A stretch of DNA of 64,000 nucleotides, taken from IMG/VR virus record IMGVR_UViG_3300020016_000006, positions 3,433 to 67,432 of that record; one strand, written 5' to 3'. The notes below the pieces were generated by a model. It was not told the origin of the DNA. It saw only the letters and a program-made list of their open reading frames with translations, and searched no databases. Positions 36,218 through 46,999 of this stretch are shown in pieces (positions within the stretch are counted from its first letter, which is position 1; each line of letters opens with the position of its first letter). A program made the translations under genes and the position numbers. Origin of the DNA: a virus (lineage: Duplodnaviria > Caudoviricetes).

Positions 36218-36876
36218 AAACTTCCACGTTGGCAATAATTGCTATTGCAATGGCGATTGCCGTTGCAATTACATTGGGTATCCTCACTCGGCCATCTCAG
36301 ACGCTCAATGAAATTATTGCTCAACGGGATTCTGCACAGGCATCTCGGGATAGTGTTCGTATTGTTGCTGAGTCGCTTGTGGATGTGCAAGTGGATCGCC
36401 AAAGAGTCACTGATTCGCTAAAAGCAATCAAACAAAAAACCGATACCGTCATTATCAAACGGATCAAATATCTGACGCCCAAGGTTGCGCACGCGGATTC
36501 AGTGGCTCCTGGTGATACGATCTGGAAGCCCATTGCGTTTGAAGTTATGGACCAGCGTGACTCGCTCCTCGCCAATTCCCTTCGTGCTGATACGGTTATT
36601 GCCCGACAGGATACCACAATCAGAGGCTATATTTTGATTGTGAGGAATTACGAGGCATATACTGATCGTGCTGAACGTCGGATTGGCCAACTAGAGGATT
36701 GGCAGCAAAAGCAGTTGCGAGAGTTCAAGTTGTTTGGCAAGATTCCCCTCCCCAAGCTTCAGGTTACAGCAGGGTTGAATACAAGCCTCAAACCGGATCT
36801 CGTCGCTGGCCTCGGATACACAGTGAAATTCGGCCGGAAGGCCGTGCCCCCGCCCGAGCCTACCCCGGACCCCTAG
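36214..36876 (+). CDS. i-spanin-like protein
   Basis: N-terminal TM, long coiled coil, end of lysis cassette. Confidence 0.55.
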   Translation: MKTSTLAIIAIAMAIAVAITLGILTRPSQTLNEIIAQRDSAQASRDSVRIVAESLVDVQVDRQRVTDSLKAIKQKTDTVIIKRIKYLTPKVAHADSVAPGDTIWKPIAFEVMDQRDSLLANSLRADTVIARQDTTIRGYILIVRNYEAYTDRAERRIGQLEDWQQKQLREFKLFGKIPLPKLQVTAGLNTSLKPDLVAGLGYTVKFGRKAVPPPEPTPDP

Positions 36877-36905
36877 CGGACTAGCCTGCGAAAACGGGAC
36901 ACGTC

Positions 36906-37132
36906 AATATTCCCTATTAGGGCTCTCGCGAGAGGGTGCGTATGAAAAATAAAAAATATTTTGCTAATAGGGAATATTTCTCGTTCAGTCAGCTAGGATA
37001 ACCCCCGGCTAGGATAACGACTTACAATGATATTAGTAAACCATATTAGAATGTTCAAGAGGGAATAGGCATGATAACTCATTATCGGATCGAAACTTAC
37101 ATCGTCTATTCACCGGGTGTGTTTCGCAAAAC
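36906..37132. repeat. dispersed AT-rich element copy 2
   Basis: AATATTCCCTATTAGGGCTCTCGCGAGAG, ATTTTGCTAATA, CACCGGGTGTGTTTCGCAAAAC shared with 6086-6320. Confidence 0.75.
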
Positions 37133-37169
37133 TAAAGAAAAACGAGACATCATCATAGATTCCCTATAT

Positions 37170-37200
37170 CTAGCGCAAGGATAGGTGACGGCGTTAGGTT
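37170..37200 (+). promoter_or_regulatory. putative promoter CTAGCGC-N18-TAGGTT
   Basis: Upstream of the SNF2 helicase operon. Confidence 0.55.
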
Positions 37201-37222
37201 CCGAGTAGAACGGGAGAGGACT

Positions 37223-38698
37223 GTGGACTTCTATACGACACCATTTGATTATCAAGCAGAGGACTGGGAGCTTACAAAGGATAAGCTCACATGGGCCTAT
37301 TTTTGGGGGCCAGGGTTAGGCAAGTCATGGATCAACTTAAATCTTGCCAGGTATCACTTTGAGGCCGGCCGCATTGATGCGATGCTTATCACAGCGCCCA
37401 ATGGCGTTCATGCAAATTGGATAACTGATGAAGCCCCAGCTCACCTTCCTCCTGGCTTTCCATGGGAGGGTATGATCTGGTGGCCGGCAGTGGTATCGCA
37501 TCACTGGCATAATGGTGTAAAGGAGAACCTACGAGAGTTTGTAAATCAGAAGAACAGACTCTTGATTCTCGCCACAAGCTATCACGCATTTCTTCAAGAT
37601 CGTTCATGGGCAATCATTAAGCAGTTTCTCCAAGAGCGGAAGGTTCTGTGGGTGCTCGATGAGTCAGACGATATTGGCAATCCTGATGCACTCTGGTCAG
37701 ATCGTATTCTGCGACGCGCCCCTCTTGCGGTGTTACGTAGAATCGGAACTGGTTCAGCATATAAAGATGGTAGTCCCTTACCATTCTGGAGTCAGTTCAG
37801 CTTCCTTCATCCAGACATTATTGGAATACCAAAATATCGCGCCTTCAAGCTGAAGTATGCAGAGTGGTACATGAGGCCATTGCCGAACAAGCCATATCCG
37901 CAGATGATCCCTGTAAAGGACAAACGTACCGGCCGGCAAAAGTTCAAGAACCTGGATGAGCTGAAAGAGAAAATCGGGCGTCGGACAAGTTGGCGCTCAA
38001 CCGAGGAGCACCTGAAGTTTCTTCCTGAGAAGTTGTACAACAAGCGATATGTCGAAATGACGCAAAAGCAGGCGGAGGTGTATGATCGGGTCCGCGATGA
38101 ACATGAGTTAGAGTTTGGTGATGGATTCGTCAGGCTGATTGAAATAGCAATGATTGTTCGACTTCGACAACAGCAAGTGGTTTGTGGGTTCTATCCTCGG
38201 GATGGTGAAGAGCCGGAGAAGCGCATTGAAGGGCCGCAACTTCGATTGGAGGCCACTGTTGATGAAGTGTTACGCGATCCTGGGCAAGTTATCGTGTGGT
38301 CGAGATTCAGGATTGATGTCACTGACTTGGTCAGACTCCTTGAACCACACGTTACGGTTGCGCGTTATGATGGTGGAGCATCCGCACGAGAAAAACAAGA
38401 GGCCAAGGAAGCGTTTCAGGGACGCAAGCTTAAAGTGTTGGTTGCAAATCAAGCAGCAATGGGTCGGGGGCTCACATATATTACTAGCCATCGCGCTATT
38501 TTTCACAGCAACTATGATAGACTCTTATTGCGCGAACAAGCCGAGGGCCGACAGCATCGCCCCGGCCAGCATAATGCCGTGCTTTATACTGATATAGTGT
38601 GCCAGCAGACAACTGATGAAAGTACGATACGGGCACTTCGCTCAAAAATGAATGTTGCGGACTACCTTGCGGGCAGGCCGCATAAGGAATGGATATGA
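37223..38698 (+). CDS. SNF2-family (SF2) helicase
   Basis: GPGLGKS, LDESD, GRGLT..EQAEGRQHRPGQ. Confidence 0.9.
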   Translation: MDFYTTPFDYQAEDWELTKDKLTWAYFWGPGLGKSWINLNLARYHFEAGRIDAMLITAPNGVHANWITDEAPAHLPPGFPWEGMIWWPAVVSHHWHNGVKENLREFVNQKNRLLILATSYHAFLQDRSWAIIKQFLQERKVLWVLDESDDIGNPDALWSDRILRRAPLAVLRRIGTGSAYKDGSPLPFWSQFSFLHPDIIGIPKYRAFKLKYAEWYMRPLPNKPYPQMIPVKDKRTGRQKFKNLDELKEKIGRRTSWRSTEEHLKFLPEKLYNKRYVEMTQKQAEVYDRVRDEHELEFGDGFVRLIEIAMIVRLRQQQVVCGFYPRDGEEPEKRIEGPQLRLEATVDEVLRDPGQVIVWSRFRIDVTDLVRLLEPHVTVARYDGGASAREKQEAKEAFQGRKLKVLVANQAAMGRGLTYITSHRAIFHSNYDRLLLREQAEGRQHRPGQHNAVLYTDIVCQQTTDESTIRALRSKMNVADYLAGRPHKEWI

Positions 38699-39063
38699 AT
38701 ATTGATAATCGTCGGGCGAGAGTCTACGTCACTCAGAAGCCGCCCACGGCCCGTCAAGGGAATCTGGTGTATTTCCATATTGATCTTACGCCAGCTTCAA
38801 AGTTGGGTGATATCCATTTCCTCTCCAATCGTGGGGATGTTGAACGAGGTACGGTACAATCCTTGCTCTGGGCATTTAGGTCAAAACTCAAAGAATATGA
38901 TTGTGAGAAGGATTACATCCTTCCGATTGGGCACACAATCACAATGGCAATCGCAGCGATCGTTGCCGCTGAAAATGGCCAGGGAATGATTCAGATCCTC
39001 CAATGGGACAAGAGGATTCGGGAGTATGAAATTTTCAAGTTGGACCTTCATGCACAACCATAG
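38689..39063 (+). CDS. conserved phage hypothetical protein (small Rossmann-like)
   Basis: DYILPIG..LQWDKRIREY pattern often seen beside phage SNF2 helicases. Confidence 0.6.
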   Translation: MDMNIDNRRARVYVTQKPPTARQGNLVYFHIDLTPASKLGDIHFLSNRGDVERGTVQSLLWAFRSKLKEYDCEKDYILPIGHTITMAIAAIVAAENGQGMIQILQWDKRIREYEIFKLDLHAQP

Positions 39064-39074
39064 GAGAACGGGAG

Positions 39075-39731
39075 ATGAGTACAATTAAGCGAGTTGCGGA
39101 TGTAGCACAACATGTTATTGATCTACAATATCAGATACTGAATCTGGAAACTGAACTGAAGGAAAAGAAAAAGGAGCTACGCTTCATTACTGAGTTTGTT
39201 CTGCCTGATGAGACAGATAGCCTAGATTGGAACAAGAGCATTATGCGGTACGATCCTGGTGGTGATGTTGTGACGATCAACCTTCCCAATGGTCATATTC
39301 TCGCCATTGCAGAGGAGTTTCACCCCCACACCCCCAAGAAGGACAATGAGAAGAGGGAGGCCATTCTTGACTGGGTTGAGGGTCACGGCGGTCAGGATTT
39401 ACTTACACTCGACGTTTCGCTATCCTTCCGGCGCGGCGAGGGAAAATTAGCCCGCAAGGTTCTGGCGGCGCTGGACGGAATCCCCGAAGCCAAATACACC
39501 AAAGAAAAAGGCATTCACCACGCACTCTACCAGACATTCTGTCGTGATCTGATTCGTAAGGGTCAAGATCTGCCTGAAATGCTGGGAGTGTTCAACCGCC
39601 GAGTTGCGAAGGTGGCCGAAACACAGCACTCTGAAATTCGCAAAGAGCACAATGTCCCTGAGTGGACACAGCCCGAAAAGCGTAGAGGTGTTCCTGCTGT
39701 TAAACGAGGTGAAGAAGGGTATGGGGAATGA
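39075..39731 (+). CDS. replication/recombination-associated protein
   Basis: Coiled-coil N-terminus, between helicase and SSB-like gene. Confidence 0.55.
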   Translation: MSTIKRVADVAQHVIDLQYQILNLETELKEKKKELRFITEFVLPDETDSLDWNKSIMRYDPGGDVVTINLPNGHILAIAEEFHPHTPKKDNEKREAILDWVEGHGGQDLLTLDVSLSFRRGEGKLARKVLAALDGIPEAKYTKEKGIHHALYQTFCRDLIRKGQDLPEMLGVFNRRVAKVAETQHSEIRKEHNVPEWTQPEKRRGVPAVKRGEEGYGE

Positions 39732-40024
39732 TCACTCTGGAGACGCTGAAGCGCATTCCTCAGTTTACGGCCGTCCGTGAGTCCATGCGACATACATTAA
39801 AGGTTCACGGCGCTCAATGTGTTCGTGGAATGCTTGATAATTTTACAATTGATGTTTGGGATAAACCACTTGCAGACTGGATCTTTTTTGCTGAAGATCA
39901 ACAGACGCTTAATCATCGAATCAAGGCACTTTATCTTGTAGTTGAAGAGTGGGAATCGAGTCTTGATCAGGGCGGACTCGACAAACAAAAACCGGCCCTG
40001 AACAATTTACCCCAGGGGGGTTAG
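39728..40024 (+). CDS. hypothetical protein
   Basis: In-operon ORF. Confidence 0.6.
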   Translation: MITLETLKRIPQFTAVRESMRHTLKVHGAQCVRGMLDNFTIDVWDKPLADWIFFAEDQQTLNHRIKALYLVVEEWESSLDQGGLDKQKPALNNLPQGG

Positions 40025-40028
40025 CACA

Positions 40029-40859
40029 ATGGCGAAGGACAAGCAGAAGGAAACGACTGATGTAGCAACCGTCCCTCAAGAAACCAAGGCTGTGGCTACC
40101 TCGGGTTATGCCGAGGATAGTGGCGCCGGGTTTGAGAGTATGACGGCAGATCACTTCCTGATGCCGTTTATCGGGATTCTTCAGAAGATGTCGCCGTTGA
40201 TGGATACCTTGGCTGGTGCGAAGGCGGGGAATATCCTCAACACCGCGACACAGGATCAGTTTGATGGAACGAAGGGTATTGCGTTCATCCCGGTCCATAC
40301 AGAGCATAAGTTTGTCGAGTGGATTCCGCGAGATAATGGTGGCGGATATGTTGGGCAATTCCCACCCGAGGCTCCCGAAGTCGCCAAGGCCAAGGCCGAG
40401 GCTGGCACGGAGTTTGGGAAGCTGGTGCTTGGGGAGAATGATCTTGTTGAGACATTCTACTGCTATGGACTTCGCCTTGATGAAGATGGAAGCACCTATC
40501 CAGAAGTCATCCCCTTCTCCTCCACACAGATTAAGGCATTCAAGACGTGGATGACGAAGGCGCGAGGCATCAAGTTGAGGGATGACGAAGGAAGGCAGTT
40601 TCCCGCCCCGCTTTTCGCTCATAAGTACCGGCTCAATACTCAGCTCACTCAGAACACCAAGGGATCGTGGCACGTTTGGACTGTAGCCTTCGATGGCCCT
40701 ACAGCAGAGTCAGCGCGCCTGCCGGCAGACTCGTCGTTGTATAAGGAGGTCAAGGAGCTTCGCAAGATGGTTGTTGAGGGTCGGGCCAAGGCTGACTTCT
40801 CCAAGGCTGAGGGCCTCAACGCCGATCCAGATGTTGTTAAGCCGGACGACAAGTTTTAA
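40029..40859 (+). CDS. putative ssDNA-binding/annealing protein
   Basis: GAGFE...PFIGILQKMSP..KFVEW..acidic C-terminus; high-expression codons. Confidence 0.65.
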   Translation: MAKDKQKETTDVATVPQETKAVATSGYAEDSGAGFESMTADHFLMPFIGILQKMSPLMDTLAGAKAGNILNTATQDQFDGTKGIAFIPVHTEHKFVEWIPRDNGGGYVGQFPPEAPEVAKAKAEAGTEFGKLVLGENDLVETFYCYGLRLDEDGSTYPEVIPFSSTQIKAFKTWMTKARGIKLRDDEGRQFPAPLFAHKYRLNTQLTQNTKGSWHVWTVAFDGPTAESARLPADSSLYKEVKELRKMVVEGRAKADFSKAEGLNADPDVVKPDDKF

Positions 40860-40966
40860 GTCACTCACCATAGCCTCATTTAGCAAAGGATCGTGGTAGT
40901 TTGCTAAATGCTTCGTACCGTGTGGCCCCGAGCGGTGGGCGATTCGGGGCTGGGGAGGAAGGGTGA

Positions 40967-42499
40967 GTGACACTTGCGAAACGGTTCTTTGACCGTTTTG
41001 CGGCCTTGGATCGTGTTTTTGGCCGCTACTCGTTGTCGAAGACAGCAATAGCAAATCACAAACCAGGGACAAAATTAGAAGGTGGGGCCGGAACAGTACA
41101 TGAGGCTCCGACCATTGATCTATGGCAACAGCACCTCGACGGAAAGGTCCAGATTGGGCTGGTGCCAATTCGGGATGATTCTACATGTTGCTGGGGCGCC
41201 ATAGATATTGATGACTATACCATTAACCTTGAAACATTAGAGCGCAAGATACGAGAAGTTGGATTGCCACTTCTCGTGTGTAGGACCAAAAGTGGAGGGG
41301 CGCATCTCTATTGCTTTACCAAGGAAGAAGTCAATGCTGAGATTCTCCGAGGGAAGCTGATGGAGTGGGCCGTCGCCCTGGGACATTCAGGCGTGGAAGT
41401 TTTTCCAAAGCAAACTCGATTAGCTGGACGTAATGATGATGGTAGCTGGATTAATATGCCGTATTCAGGAGGTGAGAAAACAGTACGTTATTGTTTGTAT
41501 ATGGGGGCGAAGCTCGGGCCGCAAGCGTTCTTGGATCTGATAGATTCCACGCTTGCGATTAATTTAGAACAGCTTCAGGAAATAGAGGCGCCTGAGCCTG
41601 AACGAGTGAAGACGTATTTTAACAGTTGTCCTCCATGCATACAGACATTGGTGTCGAGAGGCCCGATTGATGAACAAAGAAACCAGTTTCTCTTTAATCT
41701 TGTTGTATATTTGAAAAAGGTTCATGGCGATGATTTCAAAGAGGAAATGGTGGATGAGTATAACCAATCATTCATCGACCCACCCATCGGGCATAAAGAG
41801 CTTGCTCATATCATTAAGTCGAATAACAAGAAGATTTACAACTACAAGTGCAACGATGAGCCCATACGATCCGTCTGTAACCGGCAGATCTGCCTTACCC
41901 GCAAGTATGGAGTTGGTGGCGGGGAAGGTGATCCCGGCGTGGTATTTGGACAACTCGTTAAACTTGACTCCGATCCTCCTATATGGCTTTGGGATGTGGA
42001 CGGGCGACGACTTGAGCTTACAACTGATGAGCTTCTCACCCAAGGACGTTTCCACAAAAAGTGTACTGAAGTTGTGAATAAGTGGCCGAATACACTCAAA
42101 ACGAAAGCATGGCAAGAGTTAGTGAGGGAACGTCTGGCCAATGTTGAGATTCGGCAGGTGCCCCCGGATGCCAGCATAAGTGGTCAGATGATGGCGCATC
42201 TTGAAGCCTATTGTACCGGCCGGGTGACGGCTCGGGTGCGTGATGAACTCTTGATGAAGAAGCCATGGACAAACCCCGAGGACAAACGGACCTATTTCCA
42301 TGGACCCGACTTTATCCAATATCTACACCAGAAGCGAATGCAAGTTCAGGCGCGTCAGGTATGGTCTTGGCTAGAGAAAGTCGGAGCAGAGCATCATAAT
42401 TTCAACATCAAGGGTAAGTTCATCAATTGCTGGTCTATCCCGGCCTTTACGCAACAGACGGAGGAGCACACTACACCAGATATCAACGAGGAGATGTAG
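40967..42499 (+). CDS. archaeo-eukaryotic primase (AEP)-family primase/polymerase
   Basis: WGAIDID and RTKSGGAHLY motifs, PPC...RNQFLFN PriCT-like region. Confidence 0.85.
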   Translation: MTLAKRFFDRFAALDRVFGRYSLSKTAIANHKPGTKLEGGAGTVHEAPTIDLWQQHLDGKVQIGLVPIRDDSTCCWGAIDIDDYTINLETLERKIREVGLPLLVCRTKSGGAHLYCFTKEEVNAEILRGKLMEWAVALGHSGVEVFPKQTRLAGRNDDGSWINMPYSGGEKTVRYCLYMGAKLGPQAFLDLIDSTLAINLEQLQEIEAPEPERVKTYFNSCPPCIQTLVSRGPIDEQRNQFLFNLVVYLKKVHGDDFKEEMVDEYNQSFIDPPIGHKELAHIIKSNNKKIYNYKCNDEPIRSVCNRQICLTRKYGVGGGEGDPGVVFGQLVKLDSDPPIWLWDVDGRRLELTTDELLTQGRFHKKCTEVVNKWPNTLKTKAWQELVRERLANVEIRQVPPDASISGQMMAHLEAYCTGRVTARVRDELLMKKPWTNPEDKRTYFHGPDFIQYLHQKRMQVQARQVWSWLEKVGAEHHNFNIKGKFINCWSIPAFTQQTEEHTTPDINEEM

Positions 42500-42500
42500 C

Positions 42501-42983
42501 ATGGGAGAAGTCAAACTGATTCTGAAGGATGAGGAAGTCGCAGAGCACTTCAGGAACAAAGAGATCACAAAAAAGTTGGAGAAGTTGTTGGATGTTGTTC
42601 GTAATCTGACCATAGCATTTACAGCACTTACTCAAACCGTAGAGGTAACAATGGGACAGCTCAAGGATCAGCTGCTTGCGCAGCTTCAGGCCGCGAATGA
42701 GAAGGTGGTGGATGCAGAGGCTCGTCTGGCCCAATTCAAGGGCGCTGAGGACCAGGAAGATGTTCAGCAGAATGCAGAGCGAGATGCCCTCGCGGCTGAG
42801 GTTGCCCGTCTTCAGGCCGAGATTGATGCACTCAAGGCCCGTGCTGAACAGTCGCTGAGCCCCGAGGAGGCCACTGAGGTTACTGATCAGATCGAAACCC
42901 TGACCGAGCGTCTGGTTGAGCTTCAGGGCCAGTTGCCCGAGGTTCCCCCGGCGGAGCAGCCCCCGGCAGAGCCTACCGCCTAA
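42501..42983 (+). CDS. coiled-coil hypothetical protein
   Basis: Possible internal start at 42651. Confidence 0.6.
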   Translation: MGEVKLILKDEEVAEHFRNKEITKKLEKLLDVVRNLTIAFTALTQTVEVTMGQLKDQLLAQLQAANEKVVDAEARLAQFKGAEDQEDVQQNAERDALAAEVARLQAEIDALKARAEQSLSPEEATEVTDQIETLTERLVELQGQLPEVPPAEQPPAEPTA

Positions 42984-43091
42984 CCCTACACTCTGACGCG
43001 GGGAGGGGGCGACCTCTCCCCGCTTGAGGATTTAGGACATGGAGATATTCGTCGTTGCACTCGTTATCCTCATTGTATTTGTGAGGGTACG

Positions 43092-43367
43092 ATGAGCGAT
43101 AATCCAAGAATAGTTATCAGAGCAGCAATTACAGGACCGACTCAGGTGTTCCTGAATGGGAATGAAGTGCCAAATGTGATTAACTGGATGGCATATAAGA
43201 AAATTGATGAAGAGTTCCCAACGGTGATTCTGGAAATGAAAGTAGGATCAGTCCAAGTGGACGTGGATGTGCCGGTCCTTTACCTAGAACGGGAGAAGAA
43301 AGATGGAGTTCAGTCCTCTCCAAGCCCAAGCACTGGACAAGGTGGGTCAGTGGCTGAAGGAACGTAA
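43092..43367 (+). CDS. hypothetical protein
   Basis: GAGG RBS; overlaps next gene. Confidence 0.55.
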   Translation: MSDNPRIVIRAAITGPTQVFLNGNEVPNVINWMAYKKIDEEFPTVILEMKVGSVQVDVDVPVLYLEREKKDGVQSSPSPSTGQGGSVAEGT

Positions 43368-44538
43368 CAAGCCATATTTCTATCTGGCTGGTTACGCAGG
43401 CACTGGCAAAACCACACTCGCAAAATATCTAGCCAGCATGATTGGTGGAAATGTTCTTTTTGCCGCCTTCACTGGCAAGGCTGCGAGTGTGCTTAGAAAG
43501 GCCGGCTGTGAGAATGCACGCACCCTTCACTCAATCTTGTATAGCTCGTCAGATGATGTACGCAAAGAGAAGGTGAAGGAGTTACGACGTACATTAGCAA
43601 CTGTTTTATCTGGGCAAATTATAACTGATGGTGATCAGAAGGCACAGGATAAGTTGGCGAAGGAAATCAAGGAGGAAATTGCGGCACTCAAGAAAGAGAT
43701 CAAGGGTCCAATCTTCAGTCTGAATGATGAATCGGAATTGCGGGAAGCAGACTTACTGGTCCTTGATGAATGCTCGATGATAAATACACCCTTAGCGAAC
43801 GACACGTTGTACTTTAACAAACCAGTGCTTGTGCTCGGTGATCCGGCGCAACTACCCCCAGTTCAGGGCGCTGGGTATTTTACGCAGAATAAGCCAGATC
43901 ATGTTCTTACCGAGATTCATCGGCAAGCTGCTGATAATCCAATTATCAAGTGGGCCACTATGGTCAGGGAAGGTGAGCGGTTGCCGTTTGCTGATGAGGG
44001 AAGGGTACGGAAAGTCCGTCGAGGCACCATTGACTTTGATAGTCTTCCCATGGATGTTCAGGTACTTACCGGCAAGAACGCCGTGCGTCGTAATCTAAAC
44101 ATTCGCATTCGTCGGAGTCAGGGTCGAGATGGTGAGTTGCCAGTCAAGGGCGACAAACTTGTTTGCCTGAAAAATAATCATGAACTTGGGCTTCTGAATG
44201 GTGTGATTGGATATGCAATGGATGATGCGTTACGTATCGATGACGAGTGTATCTCTATGGGGGTGCTGTACGAAGGAATGGCTCTACCGGATGTAGCCGT
44301 GGCGGGGGTAACTTTCGAGCGTTACTCGGACCCCGAGGCCGAGACGGATTTCATTGATAGATACTTAGAGCAGTTTGATTATGGATACGCGCTCACCGTT
44401 CATAAATCACAAGGTTCACAGTGGGAGGATGTCATCTTGGCGGATGACGGTTTCGGAGCCTGGGATCCCAGGCTTCGGCGCAAGTGGCTTTACACAGCGA
44501 TCACCCGAGCGTCGGAAAGGATGACCATCGTAGCATGA
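43303..44538 (+). CDS. RecD/Dda-like SF1B helicase
   Basis: GYAGTGKT, LDECSM, GDPAQLPPV, YALTVHKSQGSQW, YTAITRA. Confidence 0.9.
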   Translation: MEFSPLQAQALDKVGQWLKERNKPYFYLAGYAGTGKTTLAKYLASMIGGNVLFAAFTGKAASVLRKAGCENARTLHSILYSSSDDVRKEKVKELRRTLATVLSGQIITDGDQKAQDKLAKEIKEEIAALKKEIKGPIFSLNDESELREADLLVLDECSMINTPLANDTLYFNKPVLVLGDPAQLPPVQGAGYFTQNKPDHVLTEIHRQAADNPIIKWATMVREGERLPFADEGRVRKVRRGTIDFDSLPMDVQVLTGKNAVRRNLNIRIRRSQGRDGELPVKGDKLVCLKNNHELGLLNGVIGYAMDDALRIDDECISMGVLYEGMALPDVAVAGVTFERYSDPEAETDFIDRYLEQFDYGYALTVHKSQGSQWEDVILADDGFGAWDPRLRRKWLYTAITRASERMTIVA

Positions 44539-44780
44539 GCAACCTAGACGGCATCCTATTAACAGGCGAGCGGCGACAATGGGTTGAGAACGGACTTCTC
44601 CCCCGAGTTGCCAGATTAGGTGTTGAAGTTCAGATCAAGTTGCGGGATGTTCGGACGTTCAATGATCTTGATGAAGTGGCGAAGTTTGCGCAGAGCATTT
44701 CTCGTGAGATCCAGGAGTGTCACGATAACTGGAGACAACTAGATGGCGCACGAAAAGATAGACCTGAGGGGCCACGCTGA
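44535..44780 (+). CDS. hypothetical protein
   Basis: ATGA overlap. Confidence 0.55.
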   Translation: MSNLDGILLTGERRQWVENGLLPRVARLGVEVQIKLRDVRTFNDLDEVAKFAQSISREIQECHDNWRQLDGARKDRPEGPR

Positions 44781-44928
44781 GCTTCACGAAGATTACCATC
44801 GACTTCATCAAACAGTCTGTAATCACGACTGTCAATATTATGAGGAGATAGGCAACTTCATATGCGGGGAGTGCCATCTTCCGTGGAATATTCATCCCCA
44901 CGAATTTTGTAAAGAGACAAAGTCATGA
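44743..44928 (+). CDS. small Cys/His-rich protein
   Basis: CNHDC and CGEC. Confidence 0.45.
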   Translation: MAHEKIDLRGHAELHEDYHRLHQTVCNHDCQYYEEIGNFICGECHLPWNIHPHEFCKETKS

Positions 44929-45236
44929 GAAAGCCGAGGGAGCCGTTTCAAGAGCCTTTGTTTCTCATATGCCGAGGTGGGCCGAGTGATCGAGAAGAAC
45001 GATCAATCAAAAGATCATGGTGGCCGATTGGAACCGAAGATGGTGGACGCCCAACGGGTATGTACCTACGCAAAGCCGAGCGGGGTGGTTCGTTATTCCA
45101 GTGGTATTCGTTTCCGAATGATCTTTTGGACTTATCATATATATTTGGATCTGAACAACGAGCAGTGGATTCCGGGCATCTCTGGGTTCCAGCCGACTTG
45201 CGAAACTTTATGACGAGGCATTTTCCTCGTGTTTGA
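44925..45236 (+). CDS. hypothetical protein
   Basis: In-operon ORF. Confidence 0.55.
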   Translation: MRKPREPFQEPLFLICRGGPSDREERSIKRSWWPIGTEDGGRPTGMYLRKAERGGSLFQWYSFPNDLLDLSYIFGSEQRAVDSGHLWVPADLRNFMTRHFPRV

Positions 45237-46728
45237 TAATGATAAGCTCAATGTGATCTTGGGAGGGCCAGGTTGTGGCAAAACAACTCGACTACTTGCT
45301 ATTGTTGCCGATGAAATTGCCAGAGGCGTTCTTCCAGGGCGAATTGCCTTTGTCACATTTACTCGCGCAGCAGCAGAAGAGGCTCGAAACCGAGCATCCA
45401 ATTTATTCTCTCTTGATCCCAAGAATGATCTCCCTTGGTTTCGCACCATACACTCCCTTGCCTATCACTCTCTGGGAATGTCACATGATGAAGTCCTCGG
45501 GCCTCGGGATTGGAAGCTGTTCAGCCGAATAGTCAAAGAGCCGATGAAAGGTACATATGAAGTTGATACTGCGCTCATCCCTACAATGGCTGATGCGGTG
45601 CGGAACATTGGAGATTCAATGTTACGAGTCGTTGATTATGGCTCAACCACCTGTCAAAGTCTTGAGGATGCATGGCACGACCTTGGAGACCCCATTGAGT
45701 GGTTCAGACTTAAGCGTTTCGCTGACACTCTTGATGCCTATAAACGGGAAATGGGAAAAGTGGACTTTACGGACATGCTCCACCTTTATGTGGCCCATAA
45801 TTCACCACTTCCCATCGATGTTGCTGTTATTGATGAAGCCCAAGATTTAACCAGAGCGCAATGGCGAATGGTCGAGCATGCATTCTCGCAATGCTCACGA
45901 GTCTATGTAGGGGGAGATGATGACCAAGCGATCTACCGATGGGCCGGGGCAGATGTCGAATATTTCCTGGGTCTTAAAGGAAAGCATGAAATATTGCCTA
46001 CATCCCACCGACTACCTGCGTCAATTTTTCGGCTCGCCCAGGGAGTCGTCAACCGAATTGAACATCGATTCCCAAAGGATTATCAGCCCAGTGAACGCCC
46101 CGGAAGCGTTGATTACCATCGTTCAGCAGACAGCGTTGATCTCTCCAGTGGAAACTGGCTCTTGCTCGCTAGAAATGGCTATATGCTCAGCAATTACGAG
46201 GGATTGTGTGAATCGGCTGGAGTCGCGTATCGCACTCGCGCTGGATCGAGCGTCAACCCGGAACATATCGTCGCAATCAAAACATGGGAAGGGCTACGAT
46301 CTGGCAAGCTTCAATCAGCACTTGCTCCAGAGCTTCGCCTCGTTGCGAAGTTTCTTGGCGTTCCAAAACCTGCTCTCCGAGAAACCCAGAAATACACGAA
46401 AGACAATTTTCCTGAATGGCCCTGGGAAAGAATATGGCACGTATCCATGGCCGAAATCCCTCGTAGAGTCAGGGATTATTACGTTGCCTGCTTACGGCGT
46501 GGAGAGCGTCTCACACAGGAACCCAGAGTCAGGATTGAAACGATCCATGGAGTCAAAGGCGCAGAAGCCGACCATGTTGTTCTCTCTACAGATATATCCG
46601 CCAAAACCCAATATACGGCTGATCTGAATCCAGATCATGAACACCGAGTCTTTTATGTCGGAGTCACCCGGGCAAAACACTCGCTCCATATCATCGAGCC
46701 TCAAACCACTGTGGCGTATGAGCTCTGA
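45229..46728 (+). CDS. UvrD/Rep-like SF1A helicase
   Basis: GGPGCGKT, IDEAQD, GDDDQAIY, TIHGVKGAEA, YVGVTRA. Confidence 0.92.
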   Translation: MFDNDKLNVILGGPGCGKTTRLLAIVADEIARGVLPGRIAFVTFTRAAAEEARNRASNLFSLDPKNDLPWFRTIHSLAYHSLGMSHDEVLGPRDWKLFSRIVKEPMKGTYEVDTALIPTMADAVRNIGDSMLRVVDYGSTTCQSLEDAWHDLGDPIEWFRLKRFADTLDAYKREMGKVDFTDMLHLYVAHNSPLPIDVAVIDEAQDLTRAQWRMVEHAFSQCSRVYVGGDDDQAIYRWAGADVEYFLGLKGKHEILPTSHRLPASIFRLAQGVVNRIEHRFPKDYQPSERPGSVDYHRSADSVDLSSGNWLLLARNGYMLSNYEGLCESAGVAYRTRAGSSVNPEHIVAIKTWEGLRSGKLQSALAPELRLVAKFLGVPKPALRETQKYTKDNFPEWPWERIWHVSMAEIPRRVRDYYVACLRRGERLTQEPRVRIETIHGVKGAEADHVVLSTDISAKTQYTADLNPDHEHRVFYVGVTRAKHSLHIIEPQTTVAYEL

Positions 46729-46855
46729 ATTCAAAGCACGATATGAGTCTATGTGCCTGATATGTAATGAATTAATACAGGAGGGTGAAATTTGTACTTA
46801 TCGCGAAGGCTATCCAGTTCACAAGAAATGTGCAGCTGAACAGGAGCAAGAATGA
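46718..46855 (+). CDS. small zinc-finger protein
   Basis: CLIC..H..C. Confidence 0.5.
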   Translation: MSSEFKARYESMCLICNELIQEGEICTYREGYPVHKKCAAEQEQE

Positions 46856-46999
46856 GATATCCATTTCAGATTAAACTTGATGTAAATTGGAAATGGTGGG
46901 AAGTGGGCTTCGGCATTAACTTTGGAACATATGATGAATGGTTCATTACCGTCAGTATCGGGCCTTTCATGTTAACAATTGGCTGGCAGGAGAAAATTT

